The position numbers and the translations under genes were made by a program. The notes under the pieces were generated by a model. That model had not been told where the DNA came from. It saw only the letters and a list, made by a program, of their open reading frames with translations, and ran no database searches. This document shows, in pieces, positions 25,900 to 38,751 of a DNA stretch of 64,000 nucleotides; position 1 is the stretch's first letter, and the number at the start of each line of letters is the position of its first letter. Source of the stretch: Eledone cirrhosa (taxonomy: Eukaryota); contig OZ024758.1 of NCBI GenBank assembly GCA_964016885.1, positions 29,202,001 to 29,266,000 of the forward strand, written 5' to 3'.

Positions 25900-26520
25900 A
25901 GGTATCATAGAAGTAGTTGATAGTTTCTACTACATAGGTGATTTAATTAGCAGTTTACTCTAAAAGCATAATAGCTAGAATAAGAACTGATAAAAAGTTT
26001 AGGGAACCGCTACTTCTGTTGACAACAAAGAGATTTTCTCTACTGTAACATGGTTAATTTTAGGAAGGGCATTCAGCCATAGAAACCAAACCAAAATACA
26101 GATCTGGATGAGCAAGAGTCTCTGGACCCAACTTGTCTCATAACGTGACAAGCCATCGAACGCATGCAAACGGAAAATGGATGAATGAAGGGTGGATTTT
26201 ATGATGCCTGCATAAGAAGTGTGATGTTGCATAGTGGTGAGTCAGAAACAGTAAATGCAGAGGATATATGGAGGCTGGAGGGAAATGAAGTGAGCATGCT
26301 CTGTTGGATGTGTAATGTGCATGGATGATGGGGCATGGGTGAACTGAGAGAAAAGTTGGAAGAAGAGGAATTAGATGTAGTGTGCAAGAGAGAAGACTGA
26401 GCTGGTGTGGTTGATGAACACTGGGTGAAGAAGTGCCTGGTGATGCCTTTAAAAGAAAGCTGTAGTAGAGGACCAAGGAAAACCTAGACAGAGGTGGTTA
26501 GAACTAATCTCAAACTGCTA
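25900..26520 (+). mobile_element. Old, frameshifted RTE LINE 3' fragment with an internal tail-type insertion
   Basis: Recognisable remnants of VVDSFYYIGD, YDACIR, MLCWMCN, VQERRL. Confidence 0.65.
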
Positions 26521-27106
26521 AACCCATGTGGTTGTGAAGCAATCTTCTTAATCACACAGATATACAGTGCCAATATTAACTAAAATTCTACATTTATTCT
26601 TATTGTTGCATTTTAAAATTGGCATCCAAAATATCCAAATTACATCACCACCCACAACAATAATATTTTAAAATGAAACATTAAAAGATGACAATTGTAC
26701 ATATTGTGTAGAGGCCGGGATATCAGCCAATGAAGGTGGTTCTATGTGGCTGGTTGACATTTTAGAAATAGTAGCCCAATATCCATCAAATCATACCTTA
26801 TCTTGTATAGGACACCTTCACATGAATTTTCTCATATCAAAGCCAAAGCCTTCATTGAGGCCAAGAAAAACAGTTTCACTATTAAGGTTTTCAAAGACAA
26901 GAATGTATGATAGGTTCCTTGAAGGATTTATTTAATTCTACAGAAAAAAAACTTCAACAAAAAAGGGTTATTGGTTGTAAAAGATGTCATTGTTAACAAT
27001 CGATCACCATAGAAAGCAAGGACACACAGGGTAATGTACTCCTAAATACATGGTGTCTGAAAAAAGAATGACTGGATAGTTTTCGTTTAATTAGAATGGC
27101 TTTGAA

Positions 27107-28241
27107 CATAGGTTTGCTGACTCAGGTGAGACTAGGTGATAAATAACAACTGAAATATCACATAGGTTTGCTGACTTGGGTGAGACTAGGTGATAAATAA
27201 CAACTGAAATATCACATAGGTTTGCTGACTTGGGTGAGACTAGGTGATAAATAACAACTGAAATATCACATAGGTTTGCTGACTTGGGTGAGACTAGGTG
27301 ATAAATAACAACTGAAATATCACATAGGTTTGCTGACTTGGGTGAGACTAGGTGATAAATAACAACTGAAATATCACATAGGTTTGCTGACTCAGGTGAG
27401 ACTAGGTGATAAATAACAACTGAAATATCACATAGGTTTGCTGACTCAGGTGAGACTAGGTGATAAATAACAACTGAAATATCACATAGGTTTGCTGACT
27501 CAGGTGAGACTAGGTGATAAATAACAGCTGAAATATCACATAGGTTTGCTGACTTGGGTGAGACTAGGGGGTAAATAACAACTGAAATATCACATAGGTT
27601 TGCTGACTCAGGTGAGACTAGGTGATAAATAACAGCTGAAATATCACATAGGTTTGCTGACTTGGGTGAGACTAGGTGATAAATAACAACTGAAATATCA
27701 CATAGGTTTGCTGACTTGGGTGAGACTAGGGGGTAAATAACAACTGAAATATCACATAGGTTTGCTGACTTGGGTGAGACTAGGTGATAAATAACAACTG
27801 AAATATCACATAGGTTTGCTGACTTGGGTGAGACTAGGTGATAAATAACAACTGAAATATCACATAGGTTTGCTGACTCAGGTGAGACTAGGTGATAAAT
27901 AACAACTGAAATATCACATAGGTTTGCTGACTCAGGTGAGACTAGGTGATAAATAATAACTGAAATATCACATAGGTTTGCTGACTCAGGTGAGACTAGG
28001 TGATAAATAACAGCTGAAATATCACATAGGTTTGCTGACTTGGGTGAGACTAGGGGGTAAATAACAACTGAAATATCACATAGGTTTGCTGACTTGGGTG
28101 AGACTAGGGGGTAAATAACAACTGAAATATCACATAGGTTTGCTGACTTGGGTGAGACTAGGTGATAAATAACAACTGAAATATCACATAGGTTTGCTGA
28201 CTTGGGTGAGACTAGGTGATAAATAACAACTGAAATATCAC
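27107..28241. repeat. 54-bp minisatellite, about 21 copies
   Basis: CATAGGTTTGCTGACT(CA/TG)GGTGAGACTAGGTGATAAATAACAACTGAAATATCA; 18-aa period in the minus-strand ORF. Confidence 0.97.
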
Positions 28242-28576
28242 TGAAAAAAACTGACCCAATTGCTTGGCTGGAACAGACAATAAAAGAAATTAGGAGAAAA
28301 CCAACTCCTACACGAGACAATATTGAAATATGTGAAGATGAGATGACAGCAAATTTGAGATCAAACAATTTTTTAAAGACACTTTCAAAGGAAGTATTTA
28401 ACCCTTTGGCATGTAAACCGGCCGAATCCAGCCAGAATTCTCTCACCTCTTTCTGTTCAAACAGGCCATAACTAGCCACTCATACTGATGTTATAGTATT
28501 GTTCTCAAAATAAATAACATCGAAATCTCATAGATTCAATATTATGTGAGGTAAAGCCTTTACTGCAAAAATGCAA

Positions 28577-29350
28577 TCTATATATATAAAACTGTGGTTG
28601 TCTGTCTGTCTATCGATTTTTGGCACACATCTCCTCTTAGAATCTCTCACGGAATTGCACCGAAATTGCTATACTTGTACATTGAGCCCTAGCGAAGACA
28701 TCGGAAAAAAAAAAATTTCAAATTGACCCACCCTATGTGACGAAATCGAATATAATGTATCGATTTTTGAGCGTAAGTGATCAGTTATTTCCCTTTGTTC
28801 TGTTTACATTGAGCGTCTTACGTAAAAAATTACGCTGGCTTTCTCAGCGTTTAAAATGACATTAACACAATTTCATCAGTTCGAACACTAAGCTTCCGTT
28901 TTGCTTCATTTCCATTTAAAAGCATTTTAAAACAATATTTTTACTTGAAAACAAGTCTATTTAAAGACTACGTAAAACAAGCAAATATTTCAGGCGTGCA
29001 GACAGACAGTCGTGCAGAGAGGTGATATAGGCGTGCAGACAGACATAACTGATAATTTGGTTACGCTAATGTTTTTCTCTGCGTTGCAGTGTTTACATTT
29101 TCGATCTTTGTTAATAAATAACCAGTGCAGTTTTTATCCCCAGCATCCTCTTTTGTTATAACATTCGGGTTATTGTTATGTTTTCTTAACTTCATAAGGC
29201 ATATTGTTGGTTGAGGGAATATTAATCAAAAACACCACATGCAAGTCTGCACAGTAGACATTACAGTTTTTAAGCCAAAAAAGAAACTTAACATTGTAAC
29301 TTTAACACAGCTACTGAGCGACCCCGAGCAACGCCGGGCTTTACTGCTAG
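28577..29350 (+). mobile_element. Non-autonomous Helitron, copy 1 (774 bp)
   Basis: Starts TC after a host A; ends CTAG; GC hairpin CCCGAGCAACGCCGGG just before the end; no TSD. Confidence 0.85.
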
Positions 29351-29877
29351 TCTATATATATAAAGCTGTGGTTGTCTGTCTGTCTATCGATTTTTGGCAC
29401 ACATCTCCTCTTAGAATCTCTGACGGAATTGCACCGAAATTGCTATACTTGTACATTGAGCCCTAGCGAAGACATCGGAAAAAAAATATTTCAAATTGAC
29501 CCACCCTATGTGACGAAATCGAATCTAATGTATCGATTTTTGAGCGTAAGTGACGAGTTATTTCCCTTTGTTCTGTTTACATTGAGCGTCTTACGTTGTT
29601 TTTCTCTGCGTTGCAGTGTTTACATTTTCGATCTTTGTTAATAAATAACCAGTGCAGTTTCTATCCCCAGCATCCTCTTTTGTTATAACATTCGGGTTAT
29701 CGTGATGTTTTCTTAACTTCATAAGGCATATTGTTGGTTGAGGGAATATTAATCAAAAACACCACATGCAAGTCTGCACAGTAGACACTACAGTTTTTAA
29801 GCCAAAAAAGAAACTTAACATTGTAACTTTAACACAGCTACTGAGTGACCCCGAGCAACGCCGGGCTTTACTGCTAG
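29351..29877 (+). mobile_element. Non-autonomous Helitron, copy 2 (527 bp, about 250-bp internal deletion), head-to-tail with copy 1
   Basis: Same TC start, hairpin and CTAG end; followed by a host T. Confidence 0.85.
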
Positions 29878-29994
29878 TGGTAAATATAATGTGAATGATA
29901 ATTGGTTAAATTAATTATTTCTATTATCTCGCCTATGATGTTGTCTAATCTCTGTATGAATATGCATATAAGTAAGTCTTTTATTCGGTTACAG

Positions 29995-30140
29995 ATTTAT
30001 ACACTTTTGGGCTTAACTGGCTTGGGAGCTGCTACTTATGCTGTGGCTGTAAATCAGGCTGTGCTTGCATCTGGTGGGTTACATCCTCCAAAGTATGCCT
30101 GGAGACACAATGGAATATTTGATTCTTTCGACCATGCGAG
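29995..30140 (+). CDS. CYC1: Cytochrome c1 exon 3 (hydrophobic sorting signal and mature N-terminus: IYTLLGLTGLGAATYAVAVNQAVLASGGLHPPKYAWRHNGIFDSFDHAS)
   Basis: LHPPxYxWxHxG..S.DH cytochrome c1 signature; acag| and |gtaagt; phase 0-2. Confidence 0.96.
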
Positions 30141-30235
30141 GTAAGTTGATTTTTTAATCCCAGGTTAGTCCTGATCAAGCTGACTTAAGATAAAAGGCAT
30201 GACAACCATGACCTCATTGTTATGTATATCTAGAA

Positions 30236-33200
30236 CTGGTTCCCAACATGGGGTGCATGCTCCGCAGGAGGGCAATTTTCAGATTTTACCCTCTTTCACA
30301 CCAATGCAAATTTGGAACAGATTACTGTCAGAAACTCCTGTCTCACCTCCTCCACACATGTTATTGTACATCTGGTACCACCTATATGGTACACATTACT
30401 GTCAGAAACTCCTGTCTCACCTCCTCCACACATGTTATTGTACATCTGGCACCACCTATATGGTACACATTACTGTCAGAAACTCCTGTCTCACCTCCTC
30501 CACACATGTTATTGTACATCTGGTACCACCTATATGGTACACATTACTGTCAGAAACTCCTGTTTCACCTCCTCCACACATGTTATTGTACATCTGGTAC
30601 CACCTATATGGTACACATTACTGTCAGAAACTCCTGTCTCACCTCCTCCATATGTTATTGTACATCTGGTACCACCTATATGGTACACATTACTGTCAGA
30701 AACTCTTGTCTCACCTCCTCCATATGTTATTGTACATCTGGTACCACCTATATGGTACACATTACTGTCAGAAACTCCTGCCTCACCTCCTCCACACATG
30801 TTATTGTACATCTGGTACCACCTATATGGTAGACATTACTGTCAGAAACTCCTGTCTCACCTCCTCCATATGTTATTGTACATCTGGTACCACCTATATG
30901 GTACACATTACTGTCAGAAACTCCTGTCTCACCTCCTCCATATGTTATTGTACATCTGGTACCACCTATATGGTAGACATTACTGTCAGAAACTCCTGTC
31001 TCACCTCCTCCATATGTTATTGTACATCTGGTACCACCTATATGGTACACATTACTGTCAGAAACTCCTGCCTCACCTCCTCCACACATGTTATTGTACA
31101 TCTGGTACCACCTATATGGTAGACATTACTGTCAGAAACTCCTGTCTCACCTCCTCCATATGTTATTGTACATCTGGTACCACCTATATGGTACACATTA
31201 CTGTCAGAAACTCCTGTCTCACCTCCTCCATATGTTATTGTACATCTGGTACCACCTATATGGTAGACATTACTGTCAGAAACTCCTGTCTCACCTCCAC
31301 ACATGTTATTGTACATCTGGTACCACCTAATGGTACACATTACTGTCAGAAACTCCTGTCTCACCTCCTCCACACATGTTATTGTACATCTGGTACCACC
31401 TATATGGTACACATTACTGTCAGAAACACCTGTCTCACCTTCTCCACACATGTTATTGTACATCTGGTACCACCTATATGGTACACATTACTGTCAGAAA
31501 CTCCTGTCTCACCTCCTCCATATGTTATTGTACATCTGGTACCACCTATATGGTACACATTACTGTCAGAAACTCCTGTCTCACCTCCTCCACACATGTT
31601 ATTGTACATCTGGTACCACCTATATGGTACACATTACTGTCAGAAACTCCTGTCTCACCTCCTCCACACATGTTATTGTACATCTGGTACCACCTATATG
31701 GTACACATTACTGTCAGAAACTCCTGTCTCACCTCCTCCACACATGTTATTGTACATCTGGTACCACCTATATGGTACACATTACTGTCAGAAACTCCTG
31801 TTTCACCTCCTCCACATGTTATTGTACATCTGGTACCACCTATATGGTACACATTACTGTCAGAAACTCCTGTTTCACCTCCTCCACACATGTTATTGTA
31901 CATCTGGTACCATCTATATGGTACACATTACTGTCAGAAACTCCTGTCTCACCTCCTCCATATGTTATTGTACATCTGGTACCACCTATATGGTAGACAT
32001 TACTGTCAGAAACTCCTGCCTCACCTCCACCATATGTTATTGTACATCTGGTACCACCTATATGGTACACATTACTGTCAGAAACTCCTGTCTCACCTCC
32101 TCCACACATGTTATTGTACATCTGGTACCACCTATATGGTACACATTACTGTCAGAAACTCCTGTCTCACCTCCTCCATATGTTATTGTACATCTGGTAC
32201 CACCTATATGGTACACATTACTGTCAGAAACTCCTGTCTCACCTCCTCCATATGTTATTGTACATCTGGTACCACCTATATGGTACACATTACTGTCAGA
32301 AACTCCTGTCTCACCTCCTCCACACATGTTATTGTACATCTGGTACCACCTATATGGTACACATTACTGTCAGAAACTCCTGTCTCACCTCCTCCATATG
32401 TTATTGTACATCTGGTACCACCTATATGGTACACATTACTGTCAGAAACTCCTGCCTCACCTCCTCCACACATGTTATTGTACATCTGGTACCACCTATA
32501 TGGTACACATTACTGTCAGAAACTCCTGTTTCACCTCCTCCACACATGTTATTGTACATCTGGTACCACCTATATGGTACACATTACTGTCAGAAACTCC
32601 TGTTTCACCTCCTCCACACATGTTATTGTACATCTGGTACCACCTATATGGTACACATTACTGTCAGAAACTCCTGTCTCACCTCCTCCACACATGTTAT
32701 TGTACATCTGGTACCACCTATATGGTACACATTACTGTCAGAAACTCCTGTTTCACCTCCTCCACATGTTATTGTACATCTGGTACCACCTATATGGTAC
32801 ACATTACTGTCAGAAACACCTGCCTCACCTCCTCCACACATGTTATTGTACATCTGGTACCACCTATATGGTACACATTACTGTCAGAAACTCCTGTCTC
32901 ACCTCCTCCATATGTTATTGTACATCTGCTACCACCTATATGGTACACATTACTGTCAGAAACTCCTGTCTCACCTCCTCCATATCTTATTGTACATCTG
33001 GTACCACCTATATGGTACACATTACTGTCAGAAACTCCTGTCTCACCTCCTCCATATGTTATTGTACATCTGGTACCACCTATATGGTACACATTACTGT
33101 CAGAAACTCCTGTCTCACCTCCTCCATATCTTATTGTACATCTGGTACCACCTATATGGTAGACATTACTGTCAGAAACTCCTGTCTCACCTCCTCCATA

Positions 33201-33558
33201 TGTTATTGTACATCTGGTACCACCTATATGGTACACATTACTGTCAGAAACTCCTGTCTCACCTCCTCCATATCTTATTGTACATCTGGTACCACCTATA
33301 TGGTACACATTACTGTCAGAAACTCCTGTCTCACCTCCTCCATATGTTATTGTACATATGGCACCACCTATATGGTAGACATTACTGTCAGAAACTCCTG
33401 CCTCACCTCCTCCACATGTGTTATTGTACATTTGGCATCACCCATACACCAATTTGTTTACACTTCATAGTTGATCATCGCTGTTTTTATATCAAAGTGG
33501 GACATAAAAATGTTTAAGATGTTGAAGTGCTGAAGACAGATAAGGTTGGGGACTACTG
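30236..33558. mobile_element. Putative hAT-type MITE enclosing the 72/74-bp array
   Basis: CTGGTTCCCAAC at the left, GTTGGGGACTACTG at the right; flanks ATCTAGAA/GTCTAGAA match 7/8. Confidence 0.5.
30320..33437. repeat. 72/74-bp minisatellite, about 42 copies
   Basis: ATTACTGTCAGAAACTCCTGTCTCACCTCCTCCA(CAC/T)ATGTTATTGTACATCTGGTACCACCTATATGGTACAC. Confidence 0.98.
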
Positions 33559-33909
33559 GTCTAGAACTACATTGTTTTGTTTCATTCCCTTTTTAAGAAT
33601 ATAATTTGAAGGAAATATTGCTGCTATTTCTAGCTGATGGAGCTACCACATAGTCTCACTTGTTGGCTCATGCTCGGTGAGTCAAATTGAAACCAGAAAT
33701 ATTTTTAAGCAATCAACTAACTTATTGCCTATTTAAAAAGAAGTCACTTTACCTCTACACATTCTCGCTCTGTGGTTCAAAGGTTCACATCACTCGGCAA
33801 TTACATTGGTCCATGTTTGGTTCCATTACATTGCACCATGAGTAAATGTCTTTTACTATGCTCTCAAGTCAACGCAAGCCTTGAGAGTAAAATTTGGTTG
33901 ACATACACT

Positions 33910-34200
33910 CTCTGTAAAGTTGGTACCACAACATCCAGTCCAAATAAATGAGATAATGAGATCGAGATTGTAGAGGTGTCACAACAAAAAACACACAGTC
34001 CACGCTGTAACGTGGCCGTGTAGGTAACACAGTAAAAGGTTTTTTCAGTTCCACACTGTAAATGTGGTTGGTGTTAGGAAGGGCATCCAGCCGTAGAAAA
34101 CCTGCCAGACACTATATGAGCGAGACACGGCCAACCGACCAACCTTGCCTCGAGTGGGACAACTCCCGTCTAACCCATGCTTGCGTGGAAGATGGATGTG
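33910..34200 (+). mobile_element. RTE LINE 3' UTR fragment
   Basis: Matches the 3' UTR of the copies at 36030-36427 and 49095-49600. Confidence 0.75.
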
Positions 34201-34943
34201 TCACACTTCATCTCTCCAGTTTGGGGATGACTAATGTGTAGTAACTTGTTCTTCCTATTCTTCCACCAATCTCAGCAACCCTACGAAAAGGTCAGGAAGT
34301 CTGCCCTTCCAACTCTGATTAAGTCATACAATGAGTCCTGCAGTTTAATAATTCAATGGTGTGAAGTTTAGTGGAATATGTACCTTACTTACAAACAAGT
34401 AAGGGCTGGCATCAGGCATAGCGTCCAGTCATGTAAATACTACTATAAAAATGGACCATAACTCTTTATTTACTATTGTATTTTGTGCTAAAGGCTTTAC
34501 CTCACATAATATCAAATCTATGAGATTTTGATATTATTTATTTTGAGAACAATACCTTAACATCGGTATGAGTGGCCAGTTATGGCTGGTTTGAAAAAAA
34601 AGAGGTGAGAGAATTCTGGCTGGATACAGCTGGTTTTAATGCTAAAGGATTAAACTGGCCAAATCCGGCCAGAATTCTCTTGCAGTTCAAACCAGCCATT
34701 CCTACTGATGTTAAGGTATTGTTCTCAAAATAAATAACATCAAAATCTTGTAGATTCGATATTATGTGAGGTAAAACCTTAAATGCAAAAATGCAATTGT
34801 AAATGCTAAAGAGTTTTGGTCCATTTTTATAAGGGTTAAAGGGTTAAAACAATGATGATGCTTTTAAATTCCAAAAATTAAATTGAAAAACTTTGATATT
34901 ATTTTTTTTCTCTTTTCACAATTTTCTTCATTCTTTTCTTCAG

Positions 34944-35070
34944 TATTCGTCGTGGTTACCAGGTTTATAAACAAGTTTGTGCAGCATGTCACAGCATGCG
35001 GTATATGTGTTACCGTAATCTCATAGATGTTTCTCATACTGAAGATGAAGCACGAATCGAAGCTGAAGAA
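34944..35070 (+). CDS. CYC1: Cytochrome c1 exon 4 (heme attachment: [42 protein letters not shown])
   Basis: [15 protein letters not shown] motif; strong pyrimidine tract + cag; phase 2-0. Confidence 0.98.
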
Positions 35071-35094
35071 GTAAATATCTTTCTCATTATTATT

Positions 35095-35480
35095 ATTGGC
35101 AGTATCGGACACCATGCTTTGCAGCATAGAGTTATGGCCCTTTACATTCTAACTTCAAATCCCGCCAAGGTTAACTTTGCTTTCATCCTTACAGGGTCAA
35201 TAAGATAAAGTACCAGTAATGCACTGGAGTCGATTTAATCGACTTTCCCCTCCCCTTCAAATTGCTGGCCTTGTGCCTAAATCAGAAACCATTATTATTA
35301 CATCTAGAAGGGTAGTGTTATTGGCAGTGTCGGTAGAGCATCGGACAACATGCTTTGTGGCATATAGTTACGTCCCTTATGTTCTGAGTTCAAATCCCGC
35401 CGAGGTTGACTTTGCCTTTCATCCTTACGGGGTCGATAAAATAAAGTACCAGTAATGCACTGGGTAATTGCTGGCCTTGT
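35095..35480 (+). mobile_element. Two tandem SINE family A copies
   Basis: A/B boxes and core seen twice; the second copy joins directly to the RTE fragment. Confidence 0.85.
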
Positions 35481-36427
35481 GCAGCAGTGGGGGAGGGTGC
35501 TCTGAAAGTACTGTAGCTAGAGTCAGAACTGGTTGGAAAAAGTTCAGAGAGCTTATACCACTATTAGCTGCTAAAGGGTTCTCACTAAAAATGAAAGGCA
35601 GGTTGTACGATGCCTGCATACGAACAGCAATGCTGCATGGCAGTGAGACCTGGGCATTGTGTGCAGAGGATATACGCAGACTAGAGAGGAACGAAGCTTG
35701 CATGCTCCGCTGGATGTGTAACAGTAATATACGTGAACGGCAAAGCATAAACGAACTAAGGAAAAAATTAGAGATAAGAGGGATCAGATGTTGTTTACTC
35801 GAGAGAAGGCTACGTTGGTATGGACACGTGATGCGCATGAAAGTCGATAGCTGTATAACAAAATGCAGGGCAATAAAGATAGACGGTAGTCACGGAATAG
35901 GCAGACCTAGAAAAACCTGGGACGAGCTGATAAACTCCGACATCATACACTTACACCTCTCCAAGACAATGTCACTGGACCGAGACCTTTGGCGGTACTC
36001 AGTAACAGAGAAGACCCGCCTTACCTAAATATATAGTAAAACCTACTCCAGCCAGTAGGCATCTCTAACAAAATACACCCCGTCCCACCACCACCACCCC
36101 CACCCGATCCACACCACCCCGTTCTATGTAAAGTTATGTTGGTGCCGCGCCATCGAGGCCGAAACAAATGAGATCGTGTAGGTGTCACGACAAAAAAACA
36201 CACAGTCCACGCTGTAATGTGGCCGTGTAGGCAACACGGTAAAAACCTCCCAGACCCACACTGTAAATGTGGTTGGTGTTAGGAAGGGCATCCAACTGTA
36301 GAAAACCTGCCAGACAGTCCTATGCGAGCAAGACAATCACTCTTGCCTCAAGTGGGACTACCCCCGTCCAAACCCATGCAAGCGTGGAACACGGACGTTA
36401 AACGTTGATGATGATGATGATGATGAT
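35481..36427 (+). mobile_element. 5'-truncated RTE LINE (subfamily B): ORF2 C-terminus, 3' UTR, (GAT)n tail
   Basis: GWKKFREL..KGRLYDACIRTAMLHGSETW..RRLRWYGHVMRM..GRPRKTW. Confidence 0.93.
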
Positions 36428-36795
36428 ATAATTTTTTTCATATTTTTCATAACTTTTCTCCTAAAGACATCTCACAAACTGGGGTCAATTTAATCAACTT
36501 TCTCCTCCCCGAAATTATTACATCTGGAAAAGTGGGGGATTGGCAGTGTCGGTAGAGTGTCGGAGAAAATGCTTTGCAGTATTTATGTACGACTTTCTAT
36601 GTTCTGAGTTCAAATCCTACCAAAGACAATTTTGCCTTTAATCCTTTCTGGGTTGATACGATTGAACTTCAGTAAATATGAGTTTACAATTTTTACTAAC
36701 ATATTAAAACATAAGTAAAACCATTTCTTAGTAAACCTCTGTAAACTCATCATCATCAATCATCTATTTTCCACACTAGCATAGGTTAGACGAGT

Positions 36796-36928
36796 TGTCT
36801 TGTTGTGAGACAAGACAGATCAGGTGACGTCTTGTTGTGAGACAAGACAGATCAGGTGACGTCTTGTTGTGAGACAAGACAGATCAGGTGACGTCTTGTT
36901 GTGAGACAAGACGGATCAGGTGACGTCT
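36796..36928. repeat. 32-bp unit x4 (GTCTTGTTGTGAGACAAGACAGATCAGGTGAC) inside a minus-strand LINE/SINE tail
   Basis: Direct repeat; each unit carries a GTCTTGT/ACAAGAC inverted pair. Confidence 0.9.
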
Positions 36929-36986
36929 TACTCATATAGAACTGTTTCTGCCTTGGTTTTTACTGCTGGATACCCTTCCTAACACC

Positions 36987-37799
36987 AACCACCTTACAGG
37001 GTGGACTGGGTACTTTTTCATCATGTCACCAACATAACCACCTTACAGGGTGGACTGGGTACTTTTTCATCATGTCACCAACATAACCACCTTACAGGGT
37101 GCACTGGGTACTTTTTCATCATGTCACCAACATAACCACCTTACAGGGTGGACTGGGTACTTTTTCATCATGTCACCAACATAACCACCTTACAGGGTGC
37201 ACTGGGTACTTTTTCATCATGTCACCAACATAACCACCTTACAGGGTGGACTGGGTACTTTTTCATCATGTCACCAACATAACCACCTTACAGGGTGGAC
37301 TGGGTACTTTTTCATCATGTCACCAACATAACCACCTTACAGGGTGCACTGGGTACTTTTTCATCATGTCACCAACATAACCACCTTACAGGGTGGACTG
37401 GGTACTTTTTCATCATGTCACCAACATGACCACCTTACAGGGTGGACTGGGTACTTTTTCATCATGTCACCAACATAACCACCTTACAGGGTGCACTGGG
37501 TACTTTTTCATCATGTCACCAACATGACCACCTTACAGGGTGGACTGGGTACTTTTTCATCATGTCACCAACATGACCACCTTACAGGGTGGACTGGGTA
37601 CTTTTTCATCATGTCACCAACATAACCACCTTACAGGGTGCACTGGGTACTTTTTCATCATGTCACCAACATGACCACCTTACAGGGTGGACTGGGTACT
37701 TTTTCATCATGTCACCAACATGACCACCTTACAGGGTGGACTGGGTACTTTTTCATCATGTCACCAACATAACCACCTTACAGGGTGCACTGGGTACTT
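36987..37799. repeat. 49-bp minisatellite, about 16.5 copies
   Basis: AACCACCTTACAGGGTG(G/C)ACTGGGTACTTTTTCATCATGTCACCAACAT. Confidence 0.97.
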
Positions 37800-37902
37800 C
37801 TATCTTTTTATATTGACAGTTTGTATTTATGAAGTTTATATTAGAACCATTTTTAAGCGTGCATTAAATCAATTTTTATTTTTTATTTTTCCATGTTTCC
37901 AG

Positions 37903-38073
37903 GTTCAAATAGTTGATGGACCTGATGATGAGGGTAATATGTTTGATCGTCCGGGAAAATTAGCAGACAGGTTTCCAAAGCCCTACGCAAATGATGAAGC
38001 AGCGAGAGCTGCTAACAATGGAGCCCTTCCACCTGATTTGTCTTTAATTACTTCGGCCAGAGAAGGCGGAGAG
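37903..38073 (+). CDS. CYC1: Cytochrome c1 exon 5 ([57 protein letters not shown])
   Basis: [26 protein letters not shown] signature; phase 0-0. Confidence 0.99.
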
Positions 38074-38751
38074 GTACATTTCTTTTGTCAAATTTATCCC
38101 ACCACCACATTCCTCATTTCTTACTTCCTTATTTTGCAATATTACATTCTTTTAATATAGTATTTTCTGATGGTAATCTGTAATACACAGATATTGGTAG
38201 AGGTTGTTAACCCTCTAGCATTTACATTACTCTATATTTACTATTATATTTTTGTGGTAAAGGCTTTACTTCACATAATATCAAATCTATGAGATTTTGA
38301 TATTTATTTTGAAAACAATACCTAAACGTCAGTATGAGCAGCCGGTTACAGCCGGTTATGGCCATTTTGAACAGAAAAAGATGAGAATTCTGGCTGGATA
38401 TGGATGGTTTAAATGCTAAAGGGTTAATCTGTTTACCTATCTAAGTAACATTAGCATGATGTACGCTGGTTTATGCTGTGGTTGGCATTAGGAAGGGTAT
38501 CTAGCCAGAGAAACCATACCAAAATAATGTGTGAGACAGTCATTCCTCAGAACATGACAGCCCTGTCTAACCCATGCTAGCGTGAAAAATGGACATTAAA
38601 CGATGACAATGATGATGATTCTATATATATGGATAACATATTTTAGTATAAAACAAAGAGTGAATTTCTTCATATTTAGGAGTTAGCTTCTACTCTGTGG
38701 TACTTGACAGAAATCAGAATTTTCAGTGTTATTTTGTTGTTAAATAATAAG

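Noticed and set aside
27091-28479. 462-aa ORF with an 18-aa repeat
   Set aside because: Starts inside a MITE and runs through a 54-bp array antisense within a CYC1 intron; no codon-position bias in the variants
30199-33517. 1052-, 619- and 469-aa ORFs
   Set aside because: 72/74-bp units shift frame freely; intronic minisatellite
37687-38160. 157-aa ORF as a stand-alone gene
   Set aside because: Only 37903-38073 is coding (CYC1 exon 5); the rest is intron read-through
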